NCBI GenBank assembly: GCA_976551045.1 | Contig: CDPCPM010000011.1 | Coordinates: 2,728,001 to 2,792,000, forward strand | Direction: 5' to 3' | Length of the DNA stretch: 64,000 nt | Source of the DNA: Glaucostegus cemiculus | Taxonomy: Eukaryota | Shown here: piece by piece, positions 51,480 to 64,000 of the stretch | How the letters are laid out: each line of letters opens with the position of its first letter | Numbering within the stretch: the first letter of the stretch is position 1 | The notes under the pieces: model-generated | Databases searched by the model: none | Seen by the model: the letters and a program-made list of their open reading frames with translations, nothing else | What the model was told of the DNA's origin: nothing | Translations under genes and position numbers: made by a program

Positions 51480-53534
51480 GTTGGTGGTGCTTTCTTTTGA
51501 GCTCATGTATTCTTTGCCACTGTAGATCAAATATAGTTGCAAAGTTCTTGGTTCTCTGAAAATCTTGTTTGTCTTTATTGATTTGGAGAACATTTCTGTT
51601 TTCCGGACATGGCTGGGGGATGTGGTGGGTGACATGTATGATGGTTATAGCATTGCACCAATCTGTCCTCCCAACAGATCACCTGGATAATTGGGGCAGA
51701 GCCCCAAGAGAGTGTCAGTGGCTCTCTGAGGAACATCAATTTGATTTGCTTCCTTAAAATGCCAGCCTTCATCGTGCCTCAATTGCCAGCTAACACTTAC
51801 CTGTTACCAACACAGTCAGACCATTTCCACTCCCACCAAGAGCTGCTTGAAACCATTTAGCAAGGCCATTTATAGTTTCTACCACTGAAAGCCACTAACC
51901 TTGCACTAGTTATGCTGCAGTAATTGGCTTGGGGCACTAGGACACGTAAAGGCTTGAACAACAGAGGAACTAAGAGAATTAGCTGATGTCTGTACAGTGG
52001 TTGACATACTGTGGCTTCTAAACTTAGTTTGAAATGTTAATTTTATATTGGCTTTTATTATGCCATTGTGTCTAAGAGGATGTTGTGATGGTCAACAACG
52101 ACAGGAAGGTAAGACCAAGACTGTGGATGAATTGGGGTTTGTTGTTAATTGTGCAGTTGTTTGAGTTGGTCATCCCTAAATGACCTTGAACATTAGGAGT
52201 TAAACGTCTATCATTTTGCATTAGGTCTAGAGTACCAAATGTCAGATTTCCTTTCCAGAAAGATGACAGTAAAACAAATGGGTTTTTTTGACAGTCTGGT
52301 AGTTTCATTAATGTCATGATCTCATTGATGTCAGCTGTTTATTTATATTTATTTAATAATTGACAGAATTTAACTTCAGTAGCTGCTGAATATGAACTCT
52401 TGTCCCTAGATCATTAAATAAGATCTTTGGATTACAGTTCCTGTAATATTATCACAACAGTACCTCAATAACATATATGTGTTTTCATCCAGGCCATATC
52501 AATAGCACCTCATTCGATATATATGCCAACATCGCTATCTAAATACCTACCTACAAAATAAAAATGCAAATGCTGGAAATACTTGGAAAGAGATGCTGTT
52601 TGACCTGTTGAGTGTTTCCAAGGTCTTCTGTTTTTATTTCAGATTTTCAATATCTGCAGTTTTTTGATTTTTCAGTTACCAAAATTCTCATATCTCTTTG
52701 TTGCTAAATTACTTGTACACATTCACACTTGATATGTTATCCACATTCTCATGTTTTCTGCCTGATGTTATTTATCTGTTAGTTTTAAATTATACAATAT
52801 GCTCTACATTGACTTGGGCTAACTAATCTAAAATTGCCTGTCTCAGGATGTTGTATACAATGGGTAAATAGTCTTAGTGCGATTAGTATTTCATTTATAT
52901 CGCTATTTCAACACATTCTTTTCCCTCGTGAACAGTACAGAAGTTCGTCTTAAGTGCAGGCTAAAGTTTCAGTAAATTACTTATAGTAGTTGTAATTTAG
53001 TTTGAAGTTTACAAATGGGGCATAATTTTAGTGCCTTTTTATTAAAGCACTGCCAATGAAAATATCAGATCAAATTTAGAGTTAAAAAGGGAATCAATGT
53101 ATGTTTATGACTTTGCAACAAAAGCAAAGCTAATTGAGATTCTTGAGTTCTAATTAACTCTCTGCAATTTCTTTCTTTAGTTACTTTGCCAATATAATTG
53201 AAGAACATCTGGTAAATAAATGAATTGCAGAAGTTCTGTATGATTTTACTTGCTAAACAATTCCCAATGCTTTGACACAGAAAAGCTCTTTTTTCAAGTA
53301 ATTAAGTTTGTAAGGACTCAACATGTACTATCTATCTGAGAAATCTCATAATTTTGTCTGGTTCCATAAAAGTCAGAAAGAGTATCAAACTAAGGATAAA
53401 ATGTTTATATTTACCTGCCCTCGTCAACCATCCTTACATAGATAAAAATTGATCAAAGGTGCAGTTGTATTCTGAAAGACTCTGCACCACTGTGCAACAA
53501 AAACTGTCTGCTCAATCTTTGTGTTTACTGATAG

Positions 53535-53628
53535 GTTCTCAAAATATTGCAGTATGTCTGTGGTCATGGTTCCCCTCAGTTTACACTGGAGCTTCGGAGG
53601 AACGCCACTCTTATTCAGGAGGTAACAG
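53535..53628 (+). CDS. TEPSIN: TEPSIN exon 4
   Basis: Acceptor gatag|. Encodes VLKILQYVCGHGSPQFTLELRRNATLIQEVT (human VLKILLYLCSHGSSFFLLILKRNSAFIQEAA). Donor CAG|gtaaga. Confidence 0.94.
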
Positions 53629-54599
53629 GTAAGAGATAAAAATTAAATAGAAGCTTTAAAAGACACTATTCTATTGCTCTAACAGAGTGCAACTTCAGCT
53701 TCAGTATGTAAAATAGAAGATGACAGATTAGCTGCCTGTAAAATAGCCCACGGGATTTTCAAGGAACTTTAAGCAGTGTGTAGATACATGGAGAGTCCTT
53801 CTCCATTTGGTTTCCACTTGTTTTCCATTCCCACCAACGTGAAAGTTCTACCCCATATTTCTAATTTAAATTTCTCATGCTCTGATGATTGTTTGTTTAG
53901 TACTTTTCACCATGGTTCTGTCTCACCACATGATGAGGATTGAGAAACCTGCATTTAAATGTTTCCCCAATTGGAAGGTCAATAGAATATGTTGCTTATT
54001 ATTTTAATGAAAATATATTTTCTGCACATTGAGGTAACATACCACTCAGCTGTCTCTCCTTTTAAGAGAATGGACCAGGCTGTAAAATCTTTACACCTGA
54101 TTATTAGTAGAGTTAATTATTCAATTGATATATTTTGCTATAAGTTTTTGTGATTTGGTGAACTTATCCCAGTTGGGCTGACAATATCCACAATACAGGG
54201 CTGGTGCATATTTGACTTTGTTATTTGACTTTGTTACATTAAATAAGATGGATTCAATCTTTTCTCTTAAGTCCTATCTCTCCAGCAGTATTTTTGACAA
54301 AGGCAGTAAACGCATATGAGGGTGAATAAGACCATTTCCGTTATGATTTTACAATGCTTCTCCGTCTCTCTTGACCAATTACAGCCTAGTCCATTAAAAT
54401 CTGTCTGGCATCCAACTTGAGGTGGCTGGAAAGACTGATATTTATCTGAATCTGTGATTCAGCGTTCAGGTTCACAGTTACAGAAAATGTCTTTAATTCA
54501 GCAGCAAAGGTACACCTGCGCTGAAAGTTGTTTGGTTATGTGTGTCCTCATAGTCCATCACACTTACCTTTTGTTATGTAAAAATTGAGGAAAAATCAA

Positions 54600-56165
54600 T
54601 GTTGATTTTGCAGTTGGGAATTTAAATTCAGTTAATTAAATAATGTGGAACTTTTTGAAAAGTTAGTTTGAAAAATTGTGACCATGTCTCTTCTATATTA
54701 TCATTAAAAAAACAGATAGTATTCACTAATGCCCTTCAAGGAAGAAAATTCAATTCCAGACCCAAAGCAATATGATTGACTCTTCCTTATCCTCTCAAAT
54801 GACTTAATGAGCCATTCAGAATAAAAATAAAACCAGATGAATCACCCAGCAACTTCCTGGGCACTGATGTAATGTTATCAGTGACAGTCCAGTTGACCTT
54901 GCAAAGTATTCCTCACAAACTATGGGGACAGGTGTCCAAATTGGAGAGCTGTACCACAGGCTAGTCAAGCAAAAGCCAACTCATGGAATTATACATTTCA
55001 GATGATATTGTAGACTCTTTCATCACAGTCCCTGGGCAGATCAAGTCCACAGGCATTACGGAGCCACCAGTTGTACAGTAGGGAATGAGTGGCCCTGGGA
55101 GTCTTCAACATGAAGTCTCGGTATGAAATCCTGATTACCACCTCCCTCTGCTGATGAATTTAGTGCTACTTCATACTGAATAATAATTGGAAGAAGCTTG
55201 AAAGTGACAGGAGCAGATTGTATTCTGGGAGGTGGGGTTCAATATCCATCATCAAGAGTGATTTGACAGCACAAGCAATGACTAAGTTGGCTACATGCAG
55301 AAGGACACAGTTGTCAGACAGGATCTATAGCACATGGTAAGTGAACCATTCGAAACTTGACTTTGTCCTCAGTAATTTATTTGTTGCAGATGGATCTGGC
55401 CATGATGGTGTTAGTAGGAGTGATCATGAGGACAAGGTTTGCTTAATATTGTGTGGCACCAACGTTAAGGTACAAGCAAGAATACTGGATAGAATGGCTC
55501 TGAGACCAGACAATATTCCAGCATAGTACAAAGACTTCTGAAAACCAATAGCAACTATCACCAAGCTGTTTCAGTATAGTAATTGTACTGGCACCTATCT
55601 AACAGTGGAAAATTGCACAGGTATGATTAGTTCACAAAAAGCAGCTAATTACTGGGTTTAATCTCATCAATTAGTGATAAAAAGTGTCTGAAGCAGTATT
55701 TACTTAGTCATCACATGTTCACAGATGTTCAGTTTGGATTCTATCACTCTGCTCTAGACATTATTATAACCTTGGTCCAATCATGGGCAAAAGAATTCCA
55801 ATAACATTTGACTCAATGCCTCATATTCCACCTGGGTAATCTCCAACCCAATGGTATGAACACTGAATTTTCCAATTTCACATAACCTGCACCCCCTATG
55901 TAGCTTTCTTTCTCCTGATCATCCCACTGAGTATGACACAAAAGAGATTTAGTAACTAGAATCAAGGGATAAACTCTCCACTAGCAGGTGTGGGATGTCA
56001 CACAAAGGAAGATGGCTGAAGTTTTTGGAAGTTAATCAGGATGCAGGAATCAAACCATCTTCAGCTGTTTCAGCAATGATCTTCCTTCATTATTGAATTG
56101 GGGATCTTCGGTGATGATCACATAATGTTTAATTGACATCCCCTCAGACAGCTAAGTAGCCTTAA
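54600..56165 (+). mobile_element. CR1-type LINE 5' region: Meta-SINE-like head followed by decayed endonuclease/RT sequence
   Basis: ttcactaatgcccttcaaggaagaaaat...ccagacccaaagcaatatgattgactct followed by ccaaattggagagctgtaccacaggctagtcaagcaa, ggggttcaatatccatcatcaagagtg (GxFNxHH-like) and gggatcttcggtgatgat (FxDD-like). Confidence 0.6.
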
Positions 56166-56380
56166 GTAAAGAAATTTCTTTTCATTGCTATGTGAACTGA
56201 CCACTTTCTCATCCTGTGACTTTGCCCTTAGTTTTAGATCCTCCATTCTGAACAAACAACCTCCTAGTATCTACCCTGTCAATTTCTCTCAGAATCTTGT
56301 TAGCCTCATTGAAGTCCCCTCTCACTCTACTAAACTCCAGTAAATATGAGTCATCTATATTCAGACTCTCCTGTTCAGAC
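56165..56380 (-). mobile_element. CR1 fragment
   Basis: The minus-strand ORF contains LEFSRVRGDFNEANKILREIDRVD. Confidence 0.75.
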
Positions 56381-57589
56381 ATAAGAAAATGCCTTTCATT
56401 GATTATTAAACTAATTGAAATGATTAGAGGAAGAAAATTGACTCGAGGAATGTTTTTCCTTTCTACTAGAAGCATCTGTAATTTTGCCAAAAATGAAATA
56501 TTGTGCTAATCACATATCAATTTAACCTATTTCTGTGTGAAAATATTCCACAGAAGCTACCTCCAAGGACTACTGTAAGTTATAAAGATGATTGAGGTTT
56601 TTCTTGTGTTTGTATAAGCCTAAAGTAGTTTTGTGCCCACATTCATTTTACAGTTTTCATAAATCTTTACATGACAATGATTTGAACATGAGGTCATAAT
56701 TACACCTGTGGTGATTGTTCATCACAATACAAAGGAACCTTCATTTCCTGATTTCGTAAGGAGCCCAAATTGTTGTGGAAAAATACAGATAAAAAGAGAT
56801 TTGAACACATTTACATTGTCATTATTTAAGTGCTACAACAACCAGCAAGACCATCTTGGTTAAGACTAGCTGTAAAACGTCAACAAGATAATCGTAGCAC
56901 AAGAGGAGAATGTGGAAGGATTTTAAAAAAGGTACAAACATTTGGATTGTTAGGAAGAAACCTTGAGAGGAGATTGTAGCTACCACCTATAAAGTGGTTT
57001 GAATATCATTATCTGTTAACATGCAGGCAAAAGAATAAGCAATCAAAGCTATGCTTCAAAAATTGGCAGAATTGAACAGCTAATTTAAAAAATGTAGATA
57101 ATAACACGGGTTTATAATACAAGTTTCATTGTTATATGCTAGTGTCTGACTTACAAGTTGATCAAAATTACTCTCTCCACAGTTTTGGAAGAGGCATTAA
57201 GCCAGCTGCCAAACTGACAGCCCAGATGCTTCAAGTGTTAGTGTATTATTGTTCTAGTGTTCATTTCAAAGCCTCGTTGAACACAAAGGAAGGATTAAAG
57301 AAAGTATTGAGTAAAGTTAGTACTGAGGTAGGCGTAAGGTTCAAATGACACATTGGACCAAATGTAATAAGCAAAAAGATGATCAACAAATTGGCAAGAG
57401 CATACAGGCAGCAGCCTCACCCCTGAGCGAGGTACTGTTTACAAGGAACTGCAGATGTAAGTTAAAAACAATGATGGTGAGTGGTTTCCTGAATGGAGCA
57501 CTAGGATCTAGATGGAGTTGGTCCCGAGTAAAACAGTACCCCTGCTGAGGTCTCAACAGGAACTTCATGAGGTACATGCATCTGATGTG

Positions 57590-60545
57590 GACAGGCCCAT
57601 CTGTGCTTGCAGTTACCTTGGGGACTCAAACTTCTGAGGATGATGCATATGACTATGGAATTCTATCTCCTGTGATTGCTCTGGTACTTCCACCTTAGTG
57701 TAAGATGTGTGTTGAGGGTAATGAGTGTGGTGAGGATTTGAATAATGAAGATAACCCAGGCAGAGCATTAATAGTTTTTGGTACTGATTTTGATATTTTA
57801 GCCTTCAGAGTCCCAGGATAAGAATAGTTTTAATATTTTAATTGATGATCTTAAAATTTTAATTTCTGAAGTTTTAGATATTAGTTTTAAAGAGTGTATT
57901 TTAAGTTGTGGAAGGTCCACAAAAAATAGCATTCTGGAGTCTGAGGTTAGTGACATTGCTTAGTGTTGTTAAAGAAATCAAGGTGGTATATCCCATCAGG
58001 CAGTTATGCTGTGAACAGTGTGCTGAGGAGCCTGTAGCATTTAATGCTAACATATAGCAAAGTATGCATAAATATTTTGAAAGAAAATGCCCTGATGTGT
58101 CGAATAGAGTTTAATGTGAGCAGTGGGATAAGATCGCTAGATAACACATGCCATCATGCAAAATATGTCAGGTCGATATAATTAAACAGAATGGCATTGG
58201 TGCTGGACAGGAAAGAGCTGGGTCTTTACACTGTTCATTATATAGTATGGATTTTGTTATAACTAAAATTGGTTTGGTCAATGTGAAAGACATAGGCACC
58301 TCCTTATTTGCAACATAAAGAGGGCTTTAGCTGGAAATTTGTTAAATAGTTCTGTGATGCCATCGCTGTTGGTAAAACAAAAAGGTACATCCTCATCTAC
58401 TTGGACTGAGGAAGAGACAGACAGGTTATTAGAACTCAAAGTATGACGGAAGAAGGAATATTAATATGTTAACTGGTATCCAAAACAAACATCTGATAAC
58501 CATCACACAGCCAACTTTATGAGCAGGCATTCAGTGCTAGAAGAGAAAGACGTTGGTTTGGGTGGGAATATTGAAGAGAACGATACAGCTGCAGACAGTG
58601 ACAAAGATGAAACTGTTAAGCTGTTGTTGATAACAAAGAGTCAAGTTTTGATATGGCAAATGTAGGTGTTTCTGACGAGTGTGTAATTTCTCATGACAGA
58701 TCTTCACATGATAGAGTGAGGAAGGGCAACATGAGTTATAATGAAGTGTCTATCACACAGCTTTATGAAGTATCAATATAGATTAAGAAGAAAGAATTAA
58801 ATAGTGGATCACAATATGTTGTCCTCCTGTCAAAAATTTCAGTTTATTGGTTGGACAGTGATAACACCCTTTTAAAAAAGGCATGGAGTGATTTCCAACT
58901 TGTGGACAAGAAAATGTTTTGCAAAATATAAAAGTAAATGCTTAGAAATGCAGAAGTTGTTTAATGAAGATGAACGAGGATTAGCGAGGCATTAAATAAG
59001 TGGCCCAGTTAACCTAGTCTGCCCATTAGTGCTCAGTATTTTAGAAGAATTTTATAATTTGTGATCAGTAACAACAAAAACTGCCAAGTTTAGTTCATGT
59101 TTGTTGAGAATGAATAATGTCAATTTGTTAGATGTTACTAGTGTTGCTGAGATTAGCAAAGCTCTCAACACTTAAAAAAAGGAAACAGCTGCTGGCCTAG
59201 ATTGTTTAAAACTTAGTGAGGTCAGGAATATGGATATTAAGATGTTAGTTCAGTTTTATTCTGTGGTAAAGTAACATTAAAGATAGTCGACTATCCTTGT
59301 ATTAAAATCTGATGACCTGGTCAAACTACAAAATACTGATAACTGGAGGCCTATTTCAATCAGCATTTTATGCAGGAAATTTACCAAGATTCTCACCAAG
59401 AGATTAGCTGAGACATCAAAAGGGCTGGGAATGCAATCAGAAAAAAGCAATTTTAAATAATTTATTACTGGAGGCCAAGAAGAATTGCAAGAAATCAGCT
59501 GTTGATTTGTAGATCTAACTGAAGATTTTAATTCTGTGGGATGTAAATAGTAAAAACTCTGTGTCTCATGGGGATCAGTAAGCATTTCATTGACCTTGTC
59601 ATGGATCTCTATTTAAATTCAACCACAGTGATCAAAGGCAATGAGATGAAGACCAACCCGTTCCTATTAAAAGGAGGGTACAACAGGGTGATCCACTCTC
59701 CCCTATTTTGGGTAATATTGTTAAGGACATTTTCATATGTTTTTTAGACAGAGGAATGCAGTTTTCATTTAGACAAAGGCAGTACAAGACGTGCCACCAT
59801 AGCCTTTGCAATGATAAGTAGCTCTTACAAGGATATGGCTAAAAATCTTAAAATCGTCAAGAGATTTTATTTGAAAACTGGATTAGAAATTAATGCCAAG
59901 GAAATAATTGGATTTTATATGATTTCTAAAAATAAGGCTTTTATATATTGTGAAGTGAAAATTTAATAATAGTTAATTATATTTTATTTGTTTCTTTGTC
60001 AAATATTAGGGTGCCTGGGTAGACCCCTGGATTAGTTGTATGAGTGATTGTGGAGTGAGAAATTAAGTGTTAGTATAAGATTTGACCAAAACTAGGTTAA
60101 AACCCATATAGAAACTCATAATTTTTATGATATTTATGATTTCTGCTTGTTATTATACCTTGATTTTATGTGGCAATTTGCAAAATACTTTATTAAAATT
60201 AAATGAAGTTATTAGGAATATAGGTAGGAAGTTCTGACATTTATCTATTTGCATTAACAGTGGTATACTGTATTTGAGAACACAAGATGGGAGTTTGCCC
60301 AAAATGGAAGTACAGATTCCCAATGCGAAAATTATGAAGTTGAAGGTTTTAGTTTACAGGTTAGCAATGATTTTCTCCCCCTTCCTTTCATTTATGTGAA
60401 TATTAGTCTGGAAAATACCATCAGTGGACATGAGAGTTTGAAATGTTTTGGGAAAGCTGAAGTAAATAAATAGAACCTAGTTGCTGCCGATATTGATGGT
60501 AATTCTTGCAAAAAGATTAGTAACTGGCAAGATAGAGTCTACAGT
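57590..60545 (+). mobile_element. Decayed R2 non-LTR retrotransposon (three zinc fingers + Myb + RT; endonuclease end not visible)
   Basis: Frameshifted and stop-riddled but colinear motifs. Zinc fingers: CEQC, CHHAK and TKIGL(G)Q.ERHRH (58010-58300). Myb: WTEEETDRLLEL..GRRNINML (58402-58470). RT: TAAGLD (59185), TILVLK...NWRPISISILCRKFTKILTKRL (59288-59406), QQGDPLSP (59681), AFA(D)D with one base lost (59802), TGLEIN, KY*GAWVDPWI (60001), LKP, GILYLRTQDG. Confidence 0.82.
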
Positions 60546-60547
60546 AT

Positions 60548-61003
60548 TAGAGGTTGGGATATGCTTTCAAATCTCCCCTCAGCCTTCTCTTCAAAGAAAA
60601 CAGTTCCAGCTCCTCTATCCTTGCAGTTATAGGTCCTCATCCAAGGAACCATTCCTGTAAACCTTTTCTGGACCCTCTCTCATGCCTTCACGTTCTTTCT
60701 ACAATGAGGTGACCAGAATTGAACACACTCCAATTTAGGCTGGATCAATGTTTTATGTAATGAAGGTTTAGCATGACTTTCCCACTTTTATATTTACTAC
60801 CTCCATTGATAAAGCCCAGAATTGTGTTTGCTTTATTAACAGCTTTTTCAACCATCCTGCCATTTTCAATGACCTGTGTGCACACACCTCCAGGTCTCTC
60901 TGCTCCTGCACCCCTAATGGAAAAGTATCCTTTATTGTAATTGACTCTTTTCATTCTTCTTACTAAAATGTAGCTTCTCATTCACCAGCATTAAGCCTCA
61001 TTT
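60548..61003 (-). mobile_element. CR1 fragment at the broken 3' end of the R2 relic
   Basis: The minus-strand ORF contains VEKAVNKANTILGFINGGSKYKSGKVMLNL. Confidence 0.8.
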
Positions 61004-62059
61004 GAACGGTGTAAAATCTCTGGCTCATAAGTTGCTCAAAATTGAAAAGGAGTGTTTGAGATGATATTAGGAACTTTGAATCCATGTGTTGGGAGCATAA
61101 GAAACCCAGCACAAATAGTGGAAGAAATTACCCACTACATCAAGCAATTCCTTCCCCATACAGTGTGTGGCGGAGTCTGCAGATCCAAATGGCTTTGCCA
61201 GCCACCTCAAAATCCACAGAACTGGAGTGGAAGCAAGTCATCCTTGACCCAAAGAAAAGAGAAGTTGTGTTGCTGTTCACAAAATATCAAACAGAATAAA
61301 CTGTCGGAAGAGGATCAACAAAATGGAAAGATCCAAACATATTCAATTTTGAGATTTAAATGAAAACCTCCAAATAACAATGTGTTCATACCGTTAAGGT
61401 TATGGGCCAAATGCTGGCAGATGGGACACATTTTGGTCGGCATGGACCTGTGGGCCGAAGGGTCTGTTTCCGTGCTGTATAACTCTATGACTCATATATT
61501 GTAAAAAAAAAAGTAGAAGTAAAGAACAAGTATTGCCAGTCTGAAATTACTTGCGTGATGATTTATCTAGTCCAGTTGACTGCCAGAGAATATTGTGTAA
61601 AAATTCCAGTTAAAAATTGTTAATGTTTAAAAACTCCTTCATAAAAGCACTAAAAGATTTCCATTATCTTAAACTTTATATAATCTTAAACTTGAGCCTT
61701 TTTTCTCAGATATTACTGCAGATTGTGTAATATTTATCTGTTGTGTGCAGTTTTTCAGTATTTCTGAAATGGTTACCTAAAGCCATACTGGCAAGTGTAC
61801 TGGTTTGTGTGCAGGTAATGCCTGCCTGAAATATATAATATGATGTCCTTCAGTGTACAGCATTGATTTGATGCTAGGGCTGACAATGTGGAGCTCTACA
61901 CTCCAGCTAAAGCCCTGTGTTATTCTGGCTGAAAATGTATTCAGCTCTGAAAGAAATGCACCACCCCATAACCTCCAGTGCTATTCAACAGGATCATCAT
62001 CTGCTTTGCAATTGCTGATTGATTTCTATTGGCTGTTGCTATATTTGTACATCTCTTTC

Positions 62060-62800
62060 TAAAGTGTGTGATTCACATGATTGTGTGGCTAGGTGCAGCT
62101 CAAATGCCATGTATAAATTTGCCAATGACATCACTGTTGTCGGCAGAACCTCAGATGGTGATGAGGAGGACTACAGGAGTGAGACAGATTGACTGGTTGC
62201 ATGGTGTTGCAGTAACAACCTCACACTCAACATCAGCAAGACTAAGGAACTGATTGTCGACTTCAGGAAGGAGAAGTTGGGAGAACACACACTAGTCTTC
62301 ATTGAGGGGTCAGCAGTGGAAAGACGGAGCAGCTTCAAGTTCTTGGATGTCAACATCTCAGAGGATCTATCTTGGGCCCAACACATTGATTCAGTCATGA
62401 AGAAAGCACGCAAGCAGCTCTACTTCATTAGGAGTTTGAGGAGGTTTGGTATCTCACCAAAGACTCTTGCAAATTTCTACAGTTGTATGATGGAGAGCAT
62501 TCTGACTGGTTCCATCACCGCCTGGTGTGGAGACTCCAATACGCAGGATCAAAAGAGGTTGCAGAGGGTTGTAGACTCAGCCAGCTCCATCATGAGCACA
62601 ACCCTCCACACTTCTTCCCCTGTGTCATCAGATTTCCGAATGGTCCATGAACACTATCTTGTTATTCCTCTTTTGCACTATTTATTTATGTTTGTAACTT
62701 ATAGTAATGTTTACATCTTGCTTCTTGTACTGCACTGCTGCAGCAAAACAACAAATTTCTCAACATATGTCAATGATAATAAACCTGAATCTGATTCCGA
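62060..62800 (+). mobile_element. Rex1/Babar LINE 3' portion
   Basis: Sequence resembling KFADD (aaatttgccaatgac), then FKFLDVNISEDLSWAQHI...KKARKQLYFIRSLRRF...NFYSCMMESILTGSITAW; tail aataaacctgaatctgattc. Confidence 0.85.
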
Positions 62801-63698
62801 TAAAGTTGCTTAAGTCAAAGGACTCGTGCTGAGAATGTTTTCGCCTGTCAAACCTAATGCATAAAGCATCTGCTCCCAGGAGTGTGTGCACTAGTAAGTA
62901 TTTCATGATGGGTGAATAGAAGAGTGCGTGCAGGAGAAGTGTGGAGATGGAGCGAGGCGAATGGTTATCTGGAGTATGCCTTGTCTACCCATGGTGCTTG
63001 GGAGAAACAGTGTGTTAGATGTCTGCAGTTTCAGTACGAATATCCGCATTGAATTGTATCACCTGCTCCAGCCGCAATGGAGCCTCTTTAAGAGGCACAC
63101 ACAGGGTTTTGGTACTGGAGGCTAGCTTTAAGTAGTGCAGTTAAGTGCCAGATTTGCAAAACCCCTCACCCCCCCCCCCCCATTGAAATATGCAGCAATT
63201 CAACAGGGTGGATCATGCGCACTGCAGTTATTTTAATTAGCAGACAGCTCAGTGTTGGCATGCTGCCTGCATTAGAAGCAACAGGCACAAATTAAACCCC
63301 AGCTCATCTTAAGGGACAATGGAATTTAGCTTCCATGGTGTCAGAAAGGCCTGCTGTGTTTGTTTCATGAAGATTTCCGTATTTTGGCAATGAAATACTT
63401 TTCTAGCTATTATATTACAGTCCTGCACAACATGTCAGTTCCCTATTCTGGCTTGTGCATTCTATCCACAGTTACTCCTTTTTAAACACTATTTTTCCTA
63501 TGTCTTTTTTGAATTGGGATACAAGTTGAAACACAAAGAGGTGTGTTTGAATGATTATTTTAATCATAACATAAACTGTAACTTGTATCAGTGTTGGCAT
63601 TTGTAAGATTCTTCTCATTCTTGGAATAAATTTCATGTTCCTGACTATTCCATATTGTGTAGTTTCTGATTAATAATTGGACTGTTTTCTTCTGCCAG

Positions 63699-63766
63699 TT
63701 TTCAGTGGGCCTCCGGATCTGCTTCATGGAAACGCTTTATACCAAAGAGTACGAACAACTGCAGAG
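63699..63766 (+). CDS. TEPSIN: TEPSIN exon 5
   Basis: Acceptor tctgccag|. Encodes (V)FSGPPDLLHGNALYQRVRTTAE (human FAGPPDPLHGNSLYQKVRAAAQ). Donor GAG|gtattt. Confidence 0.94.
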
Positions 63767-63965
63767 GTATTTACATTCCTAAAGCTTGGATAAATCGGTG
63801 CATTTTGAGAGTCATTTAAAGGCTTTCAAATTAATTGTGCTTGAAAATTACAGAATATTAATTCTGTGGATGTTTAGTATTGTAATTTATGTTTTGAGTG
63901 ATGCACTACAGAGAGGTCATGGAATCTGTGAGACCAGTGATTAATGTTGTCTTTTCTTTTGGCAG

Positions 63966-64000
63966 GATTTAGCAAACTTGTTATTCTCTGATGCTTTGCC
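63966..64000 (+). CDS. TEPSIN: TEPSIN exon 6 (runs off the window end)
   Basis: Acceptor tttttctttggcag|. Encodes DLANLLFSDAL (human DLGSTLFSDTV). Confidence 0.88.

Noticed and set aside
57800-57950. Extra zinc-finger pair upstream of the R2 fingers
   Set aside because: Needs several frameshifts and lacks most ligands; three fingers are already accounted for at 58010-58300.
62277-62813. 178-aa ORF as a host gene
   Set aside because: It is the C-terminal part of a Rex1/Babar LINE protein running into the element's 3' UTR.

Overview
Eukaryotic vertebrate DNA. The HE1/V-SINE, CR1/HER1, Deu-type SINE and Penelope-like repeats point to a cartilaginous fish, possibly a ray. Three spliced genes lie in the order and orientation I recall from human 17q25.3. 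(1) The last five coding exons of SLC38A10 (+, 22571-30432) follow a >22.5 kb intron. (2) A complete three-exon NDUFAF8 (-, 45107-40545) encodes a 69-aa twin-CX9C protein. (3) The first six exons of TEPSIN/ENTHD2 (+, 45342 to the window end) share a 234-bp CpG-island bidirectional promoter with NDUFAF8. The most notable non-routine observations are: a decayed R2 (three-zinc-finger, clade A-like) retrotransposon in a TEPSIN intron with no rDNA flanks; a U12-type intron in TEPSIN; a ~30-copy 28-bp minisatellite with block-structured variants next to the promoter; a templated duplication scar beside an SLC38A10 exon; a conserved furin-type site that could release a 66-aa SLC38A10 C-terminal peptide; a SINE-like head joined directly to a LINE endonuclease; and degenerate hammerhead cores in short Penelope-like repeats. 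I found no convincing wholly new system and no CRISPR array. Gene and repeat identities come from recalled protein and repeat motifs, not database searches, and repeat boundaries are approximate.
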